IMG/VR virus record: IMGVR_UViG_3300042346_000266
Coordinates: 1,917 to 65,916 of that record
DNA from: a virus
Lineage: Duplodnaviria > Caudoviricetes
Strand: one strand, 5' to 3'
DNA: 64,000 bases
Positions 28,573-38,899 of this stretch are shown in pieces (position 1 is the first letter of the stretch; each line of letters begins with the position of its first letter). Below the pieces are notes generated by a model that worked only from the letters and a program-made list of their open reading frames with translations, made no database searches and was not told the DNA's origin. Both the position numbers and the translations under genes were made by a program.

Positions 28573-30969
28573 TTAACTAATACCTAAAGTGCTTAATAAG
28601 TCTTCTTCTTCTGACTCAAAATCTTTTGGCATTGCATTATTCTTTCTTTGGTCTATTAATTCGGATTGTTGAGTTGCTTGTATTTTGGTACGTTTATCTT
28701 TCCTATCCTCTGCAAATTGTAAACCTTGAGCTTTTATTTGTGATTGTATTTGTGCTAATTGCATATCATACTGGAATTTTTGTTCCATCATTTGCTGCTT
28801 AAGTTGCATTTCCATTTGCATTCTTTGCATGTCAAATTGTGATTTAGCCCTTTCAATATTAACAGTCTCTTGTGTTAAAGCTTGCTGCTTTTGCACCTCA
28901 AATAAAGCTGCTTGTTGAGCGGTTTGCTGATTTGCTTGAGCCTGCGCTTGAATATTCTGCATTTGAGCATCCTGCATAGCTTTTTGTTTCTTCTTCTTTC
29001 TTAGCTTCAATAATTGATTAGCAGATTTAAGATTACGGATTTGACGGATATCTATTGCATCGTCAAGATCAATACCACCACTTTGTAAAGCTACTTGGAT
29101 ATTTTGCTCTAGCATAACTTTTTCTTCATCATCTGGTTCTAATTCTAAATATATACCAAAATCATGTAGATTAAGTTTTTTAATTTCTTCCAATGTCTTC
29201 GTATTATAAACAGTTATACTCTGCTCTAATACTTTTGCAGTTAATGGATAACTTAAGCAATCAGCTATTCTTAGTGATATATTTTCACATATCCTTAAAG
29301 TTAAGAACATACTAGCTTGCAATATATGTCTGGTCGCGGTATTTGAAGCGTTTGCAGCCATTTTTTGTAGACCAACTAAAGAGTCTTTGTCTGGCGTGCT
29401 TCCATCTCTCGCTTCATTTAATCCTGTGACATCTCTTATTAATTGTAAATAATATTGATACGTTTGTATTAACGACGCGATTTTAGCCTGCCCAGACGAA
29501 CTTGTTAGTTCCTGAATTGGTATTTTACCAGCATTTGCTCCGCCATCTTGCGTTAATGATCTACCAACAATACTACCTGTCTGAAAGTACATATTTAATG
29601 CTTCAGCAGGATTATAATTTGTTCCATTACCTAAATCTACTTCTGCTAAGCCATCTACATCTACAAATACTCCATCTGGAACAACTCGAGACATAACTTG
29701 CTGCAACTTTAGGTGGGTTAACTGTATCATATCAGCAAACCCTGTAATTTTATTAACTATAGAATCAATTCTGCCTTTGTACATTCTAGGTGCACAAATA
29801 ACATAATTCATTTCCACCTTTGTTGTATTAGCAAATGGGCGTGTCATATTTTCGGACAACTTCCACTCGAGCATTGTTTGTGTGCCTAATATTTTAGCGC
29901 CAGTATATAATACTTCTATAGTTCTGGATACTTTTTCAAAGTTCTCATTTTCAGGGGGGTTGAATTCGTCTGTTTTTTCAATGGACTTTTCTAAACCATT
30001 TTCGCCTTTTTTTATTTTGAACACTTGGTTCATATAAGTTTTGTATTCAAAATACATAACTTGAACTGTATTCTCATCATAATTACCCCATCCTGTTATA
30101 TATTGCCTATTACCAGGCATTTGTTGTATTTTATATAACTCTTCCTCGGTAAGTTGCGGGTATTGCTTCTTTAACTCAGGTATTGTAACAGCTTTAACTT
30201 CTCCTACATAGTATATATCTTCGAAATTTGGATCTTCTGTATACGAATATACTAGATAAGCAGGATCAACATATTCCGTTTTAATACCTTCCGAAATATT
30301 AAAATTTGTTTTACAACAAGCAATACCTAATACCGTTAGGTCATAGTTTAATCTTCTTCTAACTAAATCCCACTTATTAGCATCAAGTACATTATTAATT
30401 GCTTCTTCTTCAGCTATCTCTATTGATTGCTTATAAGATAATTGCATATGAAGATCCAACTCCTCTTTTGTTTCTGGCAATTCTTCTTGAGGCAAAGGTG
30501 ATGCAGAGAAGTCTTTACCAAGCATTTGTTTTGCTTTGCTTAGTAAATCTTTTGAGTACATATCTCTAAGCACTGATTCCGCATAAGAAGTTCTATTCTT
30601 TAAAGACTCAGGATCTTGCGCATACGCTTTGATATCGTAAGTCTTTTGAGACATACCATTAACTACTATATCTACAAATTTAGAAATAACAGGCACAGGT
30701 TTCCAGTCTAAATTAAGATAAGACAAGTCCCCATTGATTGCTAATTCATCTTTATATTTTTGTACCGATTGTTCTCCTCTTGCATATAATCTTAATTGAT
30801 GAAAATTATTCCAATTAGAAACATATCTATTTTGAGTAGTTCTACTCTGATCAAACCATTCTTGTTCTATTGCTCTAGATACTTGTAGTCCATATTCCAT
30901 AGATGCCTTTTCAGCATCACTAACTACTTGACTTGGAAAAGCACTGTTCGTATTTGTATATATATTCAT
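28573..30969 (-). CDS. portal protein
   Basis: Directly after terminase; RDVTGLNEARDG motif; Gln-rich C-terminal coiled coil. Confidence 0.85.
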   Translation of the reverse strand: MNIYTNTNSAFPSQVVSDAEKASMEYGLQVSRAIEQEWFDQSRTTQNRYVSNWNNFHQLRLYARGEQSVQKYKDELAINGDLSYLNLDWKPVPVISKFVDIVVNGMSQKTYDIKAYAQDPESLKNRTSYAESVLRDMYSKDLLSKAKQMLGKDFSASPLPQEELPETKEELDLHMQLSYKQSIEIAEEEAINNVLDANKWDLVRRRLNYDLTVLGIACCKTNFNISEGIKTEYVDPAYLVYSYTEDPNFEDIYYVGEVKAVTIPELKKQYPQLTEEELYKIQQMPGNRQYITGWGNYDENTVQVMYFEYKTYMNQVFKIKKGENGLEKSIEKTDEFNPPENENFEKVSRTIEVLYTGAKILGTQTMLEWKLSENMTRPFANTTKVEMNYVICAPRMYKGRIDSIVNKITGFADMIQLTHLKLQQVMSRVVPDGVFVDVDGLAEVDLGNGTNYNPAEALNMYFQTGSIVGRSLTQDGGANAGKIPIQELTSSSGQAKIASLIQTYQYYLQLIRDVTGLNEARDGSTPDKDSLVGLQKMAANASNTATRHILQASMFLTLRICENISLRIADCLSYPLTAKVLEQSITVYNTKTLEEIKKLNLHDFGIYLELEPDDEEKVMLEQNIQVALQSGGIDLDDAIDIRQIRNLKSANQLLKLRKKKKQKAMQDAQMQNIQAQAQANQQTAQQAALFEVQKQQALTQETVNIERAKSQFDMQRMQMEMQLKQQMMEQKFQYDMQLAQIQSQIKAQGLQFAEDRKDKRTKIQATQQSELIDQRKNNAMPKDFESEEEDLLSTLGIS

Positions 30970-33191
30970 TAATTACGTATTTTTGATGAAGAACCAGTAT
31001 TATCGTATTTTTTAATTCCTAAATTATGGACCTGCCTAATTAAAGGAGCTGAAGGTGCATATCTATTTTTATTACATGCCATTATAGCTAATCCCGAACT
31101 TATAGAAGCATCATGCTTTGTTCTGTCATTAATATTAAACCTTGCCCAATCATTTAATGTCTTATTGAAATACATATCTCCATAACCATCTTCTCTAAGA
31201 CCAACAAAATCTTCTATATAAGACTCTATAGCTGACGCGTGTGCTTGTTTTATATCTTCGCTTGAATTTGGTATACCTCCAATATCTTTTTCTGTTATAG
31301 ACAATTTATTCCATTCTTTATCCGGTCTATTCATCGAATAACCTCTATATCCTCTTCTTTTAAAATGGAATAACAATCTAGGTTTGTTATTTTCTGCTAA
31401 TATTGGCATACCGTAAAATACACAAGCCATTAATACTTCCTCAAAAAAAATCTCAGCCGTTTGAGGTCTAGCTATATATTCTAAAAAGAACCTATTAGGG
31501 GGGACATCTTCCATCGAAAATTTAGTAAGTCCACTTAAAGCCCCATTAGACCCGCCTCCTCCAACCGCCCCGGATATATCATAAGGATCACATCCAAATG
31601 CACCACAATGTGCATTGCCGGGGTATTTCAAACCATTTTTTATAATTACATTATTTTGTAATTGAATAGGCGGTACCCAAGAAACTAAAAACCTACCGTC
31701 TTTATTAGGATAAAACACTACTTTTGTATCAGGTATGCCATTTTCCCATTGAAAACTACCTCTTGTTATAATATCACTATTTCGCAAATCTTCATTATAA
31801 TCTATCTGTTCGTATATCTTAGTTAAATTAAATAATGATTGCTTAGTTTCATCCCTAAAAGCGTGTTGTTCTGTTCTAGGAAATTGTCTATAGTATTCAT
31901 TAAGCCCATCTTGATCTGATTTTAAACCATCAACCTCATTTTGCCAATGCTCTATAACACCATATTCTATTTCATTGCCATCTACACCTCTGATTGGTTT
32001 TTTTGGAGTATCGAATACAGGTAACCCATAAGTATCAATGAATCCCTCGTACGACCATTCCATAGGTATGAACAAACTATATAGTCCTGAACTAGTCTGT
32101 CCATTGCGGTTTCTTTTTGTGACATCGGAATCATAGTATAATTTTTTGAAGTTATCTCCTCCTTTATCTAAAGCATTTGATGTTGAACCCATCATACACT
32201 TACCTATTATCCGGCTACCTAATCTTAAACAGGTCTTAGTAACTCTCCAGTTATTTAATATATTATCAGGCTTCAACCATTTACCACTTTCGTCATGAAC
32301 TAAAAGTTTTAATTTTTCACCGTCATAAGAGTTATCTCCTGTATTTTTCCAATCGATTGTTGTATCAAGACCTGTTAATTCGCTACCACTCTCTTTGCTA
32401 TCAAGTTTTTTTCTTGTAAATTTAGAAGCAGGAACTCTATATGCTAATTCTGTTTTAGGTCTATCCATACCATCTTGGATAGGCTTGAAAAAAAACGGAT
32501 AGTTTAATGAAATAGGTACAACCTTGTCGGTAAACATTGTTTTAGCATCAGCCCCTGTCTTTGATAGTATACCAAATCTGGAGTCACTAGATATAGTTGC
32601 TTGATTAACTAATTCAGAAGAAGACATAAAAGAAAAACCGGAACGTCTATTCTTTAAGTAACACATTCCATAACACCTTTGGTCGGCTTTGCATGCTTCC
32701 CAAAATATAAAGAATAATCTATTGGATTCCCTAAAATCAGGAGCGCCCACATCTATTTTGCTCCATTGAAGGTACATATAATGTGTGCCTGTTATGTATG
32801 TTGGAGTGCCATTATTGTAAAAAGCTAAACCTTCTTCTCTATATTTAAATTCATTATCAATATAATCATACCATCTGTCTTTAAAAGCATCGGGTTGCTT
32901 ATCCCATTCAAATGTACTCTTTATCTTGCTTAAATCTTTCGGGAATTCTATTTGCTCCCAATATTGTTCTTCCTTATTTTTAGACCTAGAATATACACTT
33001 TCAATTAATGGTAATGCTATCTTTAAATTTTGGATTTCGAGTATCTCACCAATCTTTCCAGTCTTGCTAATAATAACCATATCATGGTCTTTATTATACC
33101 CATACTTCCATTTTTTTAGTCTATTATTTTGTTTTATAACGCTAGATTTTACGTGGTTAGGCAAAACACTATACAAAGTTTGTTCGTACAT
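30969..33191 (-). CDS. terL: terminase large subunit
   Basis: Walker A-like KNRRSGFS, Walker B LLVHDESGK, RNase H-like GCDPYD. Confidence 0.9.
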   Translation of the reverse strand: MYEQTLYSVLPNHVKSSVIKQNNRLKKWKYGYNKDHDMVIISKTGKIGEILEIQNLKIALPLIESVYSRSKNKEEQYWEQIEFPKDLSKIKSTFEWDKQPDAFKDRWYDYIDNEFKYREEGLAFYNNGTPTYITGTHYMYLQWSKIDVGAPDFRESNRLFFIFWEACKADQRCYGMCYLKNRRSGFSFMSSSELVNQATISSDSRFGILSKTGADAKTMFTDKVVPISLNYPFFFKPIQDGMDRPKTELAYRVPASKFTRKKLDSKESGSELTGLDTTIDWKNTGDNSYDGEKLKLLVHDESGKWLKPDNILNNWRVTKTCLRLGSRIIGKCMMGSTSNALDKGGDNFKKLYYDSDVTKRNRNGQTSSGLYSLFIPMEWSYEGFIDTYGLPVFDTPKKPIRGVDGNEIEYGVIEHWQNEVDGLKSDQDGLNEYYRQFPRTEQHAFRDETKQSLFNLTKIYEQIDYNEDLRNSDIITRGSFQWENGIPDTKVVFYPNKDGRFLVSWVPPIQLQNNVIIKNGLKYPGNAHCGAFGCDPYDISGAVGGGGSNGALSGLTKFSMEDVPPNRFFLEYIARPQTAEIFFEEVLMACVFYGMPILAENNKPRLLFHFKRRGYRGYSMNRPDKEWNKLSITEKDIGGIPNSSEDIKQAHASAIESYIEDFVGLREDGYGDMYFNKTLNDWARFNINDRTKHDASISSGLAIMACNKNRYAPSAPLIRQVHNLGIKKYDNTGSSSKIRN

Positions 33192-33466
33192 TATTTAGAC
33201 CTCCCTTCCGCAAATCCTTTAAATACTTTAGTCTCAGGTTCTTTTTCGCTTTCTACTAAAATTTTTTCTTCATCCTGTATTCTACTAAGAATTTCAAAGG
33301 CGTCAAATATCGCTAGCTTTTTAGTAGCGGCAGCATTTTTTAATTTATCAGCTGCCAAATCATCTTCGCCATTATCTAAAATAGCTTCTTCGGCAACCTT
33401 AATCAGTTCAAGTACCGCTTTGTGCCCAGCAAGTATTATATTCTGCTTCGTCTCCTTTATATTCAT
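33191..33466 (-). CDS. putative terminase small subunit
   Basis: Small helical ORF abutting terL. Confidence 0.45.
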   Translation of the reverse strand: MNIKETKQNIILAGHKAVLELIKVAEEAILDNGEDDLAADKLKNAAATKKLAIFDAFEILSRIQDEEKILVESEKEPETKVFKGFAEGRSK

Positions 33467-34016
33467 ATTTAATTACAATATCATTAGATTTCATACAATA
33501 AAGTCGCTTACCGTCTATAATAAAATCAAATTCACCTCCTGGCGTATAACCAACTAGGTCTCCCTCGTTTATTTTAAGCGCTTTTAACGAGCTATTTCCA
33601 TATTTTAGTATACCAATAAGGCTTTGCTCTTTATTTAGTTTTAAATGGTCTGTATTCTTTATTGGGGCTATAAAACATCTATCGCCAAATGATTTCCATT
33701 CGGTATCATGTTTGTATAAATATATTTGATCAATATCACAAAAATATAAATCGTCCATAAAGTATGACCTACTATCTTTTTGCTTACCTCTTATATCATA
33801 AAATCTTCTAAAAACATTATGATGTATAACAACTAAATCGCCTTCCTTTATATCTGTTGAATATGCAAGTGGTACTGAAACCACTTCGGCTATATTATTA
33901 ACTGATTTAAAACTTTCAATTTTGGTATTTATTATTAGCTCTTTGTCTCCAACATTTATTTTGTTATTATACCTATTACCAACAGGTTTAACAATAAAAC
34001 TAAATACACTTTTCAT
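33408..34016 (-). CDS. GroES-like protein with two tandem GroES-fold repeats
   Basis: AEVVSVP...IKEGDLVV and INEGDLVGY...IDGKRLYCM...DI segments. Confidence 0.6.
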   Translation of the reverse strand: MKSVFSFIVKPVGNRYNNKINVGDKELIINTKIESFKSVNNIAEVVSVPLAYSTDIKEGDLVVIHHNVFRRFYDIRGKQKDSRSYFMDDLYFCDIDQIYLYKHDTEWKSFGDRCFIAPIKNTDHLKLNKEQSLIGILKYGNSSLKALKINEGDLVGYTPGGEFDFIIDGKRLYCMKSNDIVIKYEYKGDEAEYNTCWAQSGT

Positions 34017-34243
34017 TAATATTCTAAATCATATTCTACAGATATAGCCATATTTGAATTAAATTTTTTCCATGGCATTACTTCATCGTTCTTCTTTATG
34101 TAAATATAATATGAGCAATCAATAGGATCTAACAAAATATGAATTATTTCGTGCCCGCCATATACTTGCTGACCTAACGAATAGTGCATTGCTTCATTCT
34201 TATAGTCTGTGCCTATACTTATTTTTCTAATAACAGAATCCAT
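34016..34243 (-). CDS. hypothetical protein
   Basis: ORF coupled to neighbours. Confidence 0.65.
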   Translation of the reverse strand: MDSVIRKISIGTDYKNEAMHYSLGQQVYGGHEIIHILLDPIDCSYYIYIKKNDEVMPWKKFNSNMAISVEYDLEY

Positions 34244-34491
34244 TATCCCTCAGTTTTAGTTTCCATTTCTGAATAAGACCCATCTTCAATATTGATATTC
34301 ACATTCCCATATTCATTAAATAACTCCACTTTGAATTCTTCGATAGATTTATTTACATCTGCTAATTTATGTAATAAACTATGTTTCTGTGACTCTAAAA
34401 CGCCTATGTTATTTAACAATGTATTTAACTCTTTTTGTTGAGTTCTGATAGTTTCTAATTGATCTTGTTTAATTTTGTTTGTTAATTCCAT
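34243..34491 (-). CDS. coiled-coil hypothetical protein
   Basis: Heptad pattern; coupled ORF. Confidence 0.65.
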   Translation of the reverse strand: MELTNKIKQDQLETIRTQQKELNTLLNNIGVLESQKHSLLHKLADVNKSIEEFKVELFNEYGNVNINIEDGSYSEMETKTEG

Positions 34492-34819
34492 TTGATTTAT
34501 TTTTGTTTTGTTTTATATAAGCTTCTTTTTCCCACGGTAACGACTTGCTGCCTTCTTTCATAGTATTACGTGGATATTTCTTGTTTTTCCAAATTACATG
34601 GGTATCTGTGTAATCTAAATCCCCTCTTTTCATTTGTTCAATATGAACTTTTTCGTGTTCTATTGTTTTACTTTTTTTTATTTCTAAAGGAGAAATGTTT
34701 TTATTTATTAGTATAGTTCCATTTGATTGAGCCATACCCAAAACGTTATCTTCCATATCTGTACTATAGATAGGAGTATTGTCAACATTATAAGGAGGGC
34801 CTGTCATTTTAAATGCCAT
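34469..34819 (-). CDS. small zincin-like metallopeptidase
   Basis: HEKVH (HExxH) plus downstream PWEKEAY. Confidence 0.7.
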   Translation of the reverse strand: MAFKMTGPPYNVDNTPIYSTDMEDNVLGMAQSNGTILINKNISPLEIKKSKTIEHEKVHIEQMKRGDLDYTDTHVIWKNKKYPRNTMKEGSKSLPWEKEAYIKQNKNKSNGINKQN

Positions 34820-34844
34820 ACTATTTTTTTTTTAATATTATTAA

Positions 34845-34874
34845 ATTCCCCTGCAAACTATTTTACAGGGGAAT
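34845..34874 (-). terminator. hairpin terminator
   Basis: ATTCCCCTG.AAA / TTT.CAGGGGAAT inverted repeat downstream of 34887-35159. Confidence 0.6.
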
Positions 34875-34886
34875 AATAATAAATTA

Positions 34887-35159
34887 TTATGCAACCACAG
34901 GCAAAGCTCCGATAGTAACGCCAGTTGGCATAACAACATCAGCCAAAACCGGTGCGTTAGTTGCTAATATAGCTTTGTAAATAGCTGCAACTGTTCCAGC
35001 TGCGCCAGCTGCGCTCGTAGTGAATGTAAACGATTTTGTACCAGCATATACCGCAAAAGTTGTTGCTGTCAAATAAAGTACTGAAGCAATTTCATCTGTA
35101 TTAAACAAGATATTTGGGGAAGCTGCTAATGTAGTTGGGATTTGGATATACTTTGCCAT
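34887..35159 (-). CDS. small Ala/Thr-rich protein, possible capsid decoration protein
   Basis: Composition similar to MCP; followed by hairpin. Confidence 0.5.
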   Translation of the reverse strand: MAKYIQIPTTLAASPNILFNTDEIASVLYLTATTFAVYAGTKSFTFTTSAAGAAGTVAAIYKAILATNAPVLADVVMPTGVTIGALPVVA

Positions 35160-35197
35160 TTTGTTTTTTTGTTTTTTTTAGTTATTTGTAATTGTTA

Positions 35198-35527
35198 TTA
35201 ACACTTTTTCATTTTAGCTGGGGTCATTTTTTTACCCATCATTTCTTTTTTTTGCATAGCTGCAGAAGGAGTTTTGGCCTTAGCGGCAGCAGTTTTCATT
35301 TTACTTGTAGTTTTCATTACTTGTTGTTTTAAAGGGGTTGAGTTTGAATAATATTTTCCTTTTGTATCTTGTTTGTATCTTGGACCGCTAGATCCTTCTT
35401 TCATTATTTTTTCTTGAGTTTTTTTCCATTCATCAGGTAACCCAATCATATCACTAGTTTGGTGCGGTTTTGGTTTAGATACTAATTCTTTAGTAAATAA
35501 GTGTTTTTTCTTTTTTGGATCTGGCAT
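35198..35527 (-). CDS. basic low-complexity protein (TPLKQ motif)
   Basis: Lys/Met-rich ORF. Confidence 0.6.
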   Translation of the reverse strand: MPDPKKKKHLFTKELVSKPKPHQTSDMIGLPDEWKKTQEKIMKEGSSGPRYKQDTKGKYYSNSTPLKQQVMKTTSKMKTAAAKAKTPSAAMQKKEMMGKKMTPAKMKKC

Positions 35528-35537
35528 AGGTTTAGTT

Positions 35538-35747
35538 TTAAAATTTAGTTTTAGCTCTTTGCGTTATCGGTGATCCATTATAAATAGGCTTATCATTATT
35601 TAATATAATGCCATTTTTACCATTACTAGAACCTTTTCCTTTTGGAAATCCTGCTGTATTAAATGGGCCATTCCATAAAGCATTAGCTCCTACTCCTGAT
35701 AAAGCGGCTTCTTTATCGTAAATATTCATTGGATGTTTAATCTTCAT
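35538..35747 (-). CDS. small basic protein (SPITQ motif)
   Basis: ORF in tightly packed operon. Confidence 0.6.
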   Translation of the reverse strand: MKIKHPMNIYDKEAALSGVGANALWNGPFNTAGFPKGKGSSNGKNGIILNNDKPIYNGSPITQRAKTKF

Positions 35748-35749
35748 AA

Positions 35750-35992
35750 TTAATATGTATTTAAGCCGTAAGGCGGGGTTATATTAGATCGCACTCCAAC
35801 TGGTGGAGGTAGTGGAGCATCTGGGCTTTGATCCGCTATAGGATCAATAGTCAATCCTGTTAATGGGTTTGTTGGAACTGTAGTTAAAGGGTCCATAACT
35901 GTTCTGGTAAATGTACCAGGATTAGGTATTCCAAACATATTCTTAATAACATTTTGGTTTGTGAATGCTTTTGGATTTATTGGTGTTTGCAT
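35750..35992 (-). CDS. Pro-rich hypothetical protein
   Basis: ORF in tightly packed operon. Confidence 0.55.
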   Translation of the reverse strand: MQTPINPKAFTNQNVIKNMFGIPNPGTFTRTVMDPLTTVPTNPLTGLTIDPIADQSPDAPLPPPVGVRSNITPPYGLNTY

Positions 35993-35993
35993 A

Positions 35994-36452
35994 TTAAAAG
36001 CTATTATTGTTTCTTGTTTTATCGTTATTTACATGTTCTATCGCTACTAGTCCAACAATATCAGAATATCTTTTACTTGTTGTCATCGTATTCCTATAAC
36101 TTGTTGGTATATCCTCTTTGCCAAGCATTATACGATACATTTTGCTTATTAGTTGTTTGCACTTAAATGAAACTTTATATATATTATATTTTTGAGTCGT
36201 GCGGTTTCTATCTCTCCATACCACAATCCAACCTTCTTTTAATAACTTGTTCCAGCGTTTATTATCCCAACTATATGCGTATGTACCTATCTCATAGTCA
36301 TGTTTAGAAAAAAATTCTAAACAATCAAAATAAATAAGGAGTTCTAGATCAGAATCAGTTAAATTATTATTTCTGCAAGCCCATCTTCTAATTATTCTAT
36401 AATGCTTTAATAAACCAATATCTTTTATATCTGAAGCCTCTAACCTAATCAT
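35994..36452 (-). CDS. hypothetical protein, possible winged-helix DNA-binding
   Basis: LT..DLELL...L...GWI pattern. Confidence 0.5.
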   Translation of the reverse strand: MIRLEASDIKDIGLLKHYRIIRRWACRNNNLTDSDLELLIYFDCLEFFSKHDYEIGTYAYSWDNKRWNKLLKEGWIVVWRDRNRTTQKYNIYKVSFKCKQLISKMYRIMLGKEDIPTSYRNTMTTSKRYSDIVGLVAIEHVNNDKTRNNNSF

Positions 36453-36709
36453 AATACAACCACTACATCTCCTAATCTTATGACATGATATGTTTCTTTA
36501 TCTATATCTATTTTATGCCCGGCATGCCTATCATAAAATATTCTATCGCCTTCTTTAACTCCAACTACTTCTTCTCCTACTGATAAAACCTCAGCTTCAA
36601 TATATCTAATATCTTCTCTTTGGTTCTCAGCTAAAAGTAAACCACCTTTAGTTTTTGTAGTACCTTCTTTTTTCTTACTTATAACCAAGCATTTACCTAC
36701 TGCTTTCAT
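36449..36709 (-). CDS. groES: co-chaperonin GroES
   Basis: TKGGLLL mobile loop, VLSVG...VKEGDRI. Confidence 0.9.
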   Translation of the reverse strand: MKAVGKCLVISKKKEGTTKTKGGLLLAENQREDIRYIEAEVLSVGEEVVGVKEGDRIFYDRHAGHKIDIDKETYHVIRLGDVVVVL

Positions 36710-38253
36710 TGTATTCTTAAATTATTGATTACACAGTCAGTCGATAATATAGTTGTAGCTACAGACGCGGCATTTTTTAAAGCACTCTTAGTCACGAGTA
36801 ATGGGTCAATAATTCCTTCTCTTATCATGTCTACTGTCTCGCCTGTTATAACATTTAATCCGTACCCAATACCAGTTACTATCTTTTCAGACATAACTTC
36901 TATACCGGCGTTACTTAATATTGTATTAAATGGAGACCTAATGGAATCTAATAATATCTCTTCGCCAACAGAAAATGCATCCACATTATATGAAGCATTT
37001 AATAAAGCTATGCCTCCTCCTGGAACAATACCTTCTTTAATAGCCGCCTTTGTTGCACAGATAGCATCCTCGATTCTATCTGCTTTTTCTTTTAATTCTA
37101 TTTCTGAATTAGCACCAACTTTGACTACAGATATTTTTGCCGTTAATCTAGCTAGTCTTTTTTCTAGTTTTATAATAGTAGCGCTATTATTATTTTCTAA
37201 TAATGATTTTTTAATATCATTAATTATATCTAAAACTTCTTCGCTTGGTTCACCTACGTGAAGTATAGTTTCTTCATGATTAGTTATGCTTTTAAAACAA
37301 TTACCAAGCATAGAAGGATCTATTAAATCTAAATCGTCTCCAAGATCTTCATTTATTAGAGTAGCACCGGTTAATAAAGCAAGGTCATCAAATATTTCTT
37401 TCCTATTAATACCGTAGGTTGGTGCATTAATAACATTAACCTTTATATTCCCTTTAGATTTATTCATTGCTAATGTGGATAGAACAATTTGTTCCATATC
37501 AGCTACAATTAATAAAGACCTATTATTTTTTATAACATACTCTAATACTTTTTGTATTTGGCGTATATTCTCAATAGGTGATTCAACTAATAATACTAAA
37601 GGATTATCTAGTTCTGCGGTTTTATTTTTATGGTTTGTTATAAAATGTGAATTTGTTAAACCCATTGAACACTGAACTCCTTCCACTAGTTGTAAACTAC
37701 ACTCCGCATCAGATGAAGTTTCCATCATAACAATACCTGTATTTCCAACTGCTCTAAAAGCATCTCCTACTAATTTGCCTAATTCAGGATCATTATTTGT
37801 AGATATAGTAGCGATGTGATCTAACATATTATCGTCAACTAATACCGACAAATCTTCAAGATACTTAATAACATTATCAACCGCTTTATTGATACCTTCT
37901 TTAATTCTTCTAGTATCTGGGTTTTCTATTTTATAGGCATTTTTTAATATATTGTAAGCTAATACCGTTGCCGTTGTTGTACCATCACCTGCTTCTCTAA
38001 CAGTCTTGCGTGCAGCCTCTTTTAATAATGTAGCTCCCATGTTCTCTACCGGATCCAACAATATAATTGAATCAGCTACTGTCACCCCGTCTTTAGTAAT
38101 AACCGGTTTACCAGTAGAGTCTTCTAGTAAAACACATTTACCACTTGCCCCAAGAGTAGAACTAACAGCTTTTGATAATTTTTCTACGCCGGCGAATACT
38201 TTATCGCTCGCTTCTTTACCAAAACTTAAATTTTTGACTATAGCGTCTGACAT
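36706..38253 (-). CDS. groEL: chaperonin GroEL
   Basis: ITKDGVTVA, AGDGTTTATVLA, EGIVPGGG, IIDP..VTK.AL.NA.SVA. Confidence 0.95.
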   Translation of the reverse strand: MSDAIVKNLSFGKEASDKVFAGVEKLSKAVSSTLGASGKCVLLEDSTGKPVITKDGVTVADSIILLDPVENMGATLLKEAARKTVREAGDGTTTATVLAYNILKNAYKIENPDTRRIKEGINKAVDNVIKYLEDLSVLVDDNMLDHIATISTNNDPELGKLVGDAFRAVGNTGIVMMETSSDAECSLQLVEGVQCSMGLTNSHFITNHKNKTAELDNPLVLLVESPIENIRQIQKVLEYVIKNNRSLLIVADMEQIVLSTLAMNKSKGNIKVNVINAPTYGINRKEIFDDLALLTGATLINEDLGDDLDLIDPSMLGNCFKSITNHEETILHVGEPSEEVLDIINDIKKSLLENNNSATIIKLEKRLARLTAKISVVKVGANSEIELKEKADRIEDAICATKAAIKEGIVPGGGIALLNASYNVDAFSVGEEILLDSIRSPFNTILSNAGIEVMSEKIVTGIGYGLNVITGETVDMIREGIIDPLLVTKSALKNAASVATTILSTDCVINNLRIQ

Positions 38254-38286
38254 AATTTTATTTAATTAGATTTATATAGTTTATAT

Positions 38287-38311
38287 ATTACTTATTTTAT
38301 ACTGTTTTTAC
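38287..38311 (-). promoter_or_regulatory. candidate late-type promoter for groEL operon
   Basis: GTAAAA-N9-AATAAGTAAT. Confidence 0.55.
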
Positions 38312-38445
38312 TAACCTTGGCCATTATAAGATTTTTTATAATTCTTACTTGACTTCAAACTGGAGGTTTTAGACTTAGCATGAATACCAGGTCTACTAAT
38401 GTTTTTCTTTTGTTTTATTTCTATTTTATTTGTTTGCTTTTTCAT
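38311..38445 (-). CDS. 44-aa very basic protein ending YNGQG
   Basis: Hand translation MKKQTNKIEIKQKKNISRPGIHAKSKTSSLKSSKNYKKSYNGQG; below ORF-track cutoff. Confidence 0.65.
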   Translation of the reverse strand: MKKQTNKIEIKQKKNISRPGIHAKSKTSSLKSSKNYKKSYNGQG

Positions 38446-38446
38446 A

Positions 38447-38899
38447 TTAAAATAAACGTATTAATGTATAATGAAAACTAATGCCACCTGATGGTTGCTT
38501 ATTTATAGCGTCGTAGCCGGCATAAAATCCTATACCAAATCTTTTTTTGTTTTTAGATTCTAATTTAGCTAGTTTAACTTCTTGCTCTTCTTGTTTCTTT
38601 AAAGAACCTAATAATCCAGCTTGCAAATCTAAATTATGATTAACAAAAGCACTAGATTCTTCTCCTAAAGCAACAGCTAAATCTTGTATTTGTTTGTATT
38701 TATTTTCAAACTCTCTCATCTCTGCATTATATCTATCTTGGCAGTCTTTAACTTGCTTTGTAAGTTCTTTATGCTGGATAGCTATGCCATACAAAGCTTT
38801 AACCCTTTCTGGAGAATTTAAATCTTTAGTTTGGCTGTACAGTGTCAAGCACCCTACGCATAACATCATAACTAGTATCTCTAACTTTAATAGTTTCAT
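38447..38899 (-). CDS. putative spanin-like protein (signal peptide, coiled coil)
   Basis: Hydrophobic Cys-containing N-terminus; downstream of endolysin; overlaps the upstream membrane gene. Confidence 0.5.
   Translation of the reverse strand: MKLLKLEILVMMLCVGCLTLYSQTKDLNSPERVKALYGIAIQHKELTKQVKDCQDRYNAEMREFENKYKQIQDLAVALGEESSAFVNHNLDLQAGLLGSLKKQEEQEVKLAKLESKNKKRFGIGFYAGYDAINKQPSGGISFHYTLIRLF

Noticed and set aside
30972-30981. AATACGTAAT late-promoter core before the portal gene
   Set aside because: Lacks the upstream TAAAA box, lies in terL coding sequence and is only 2 bp from the ATG
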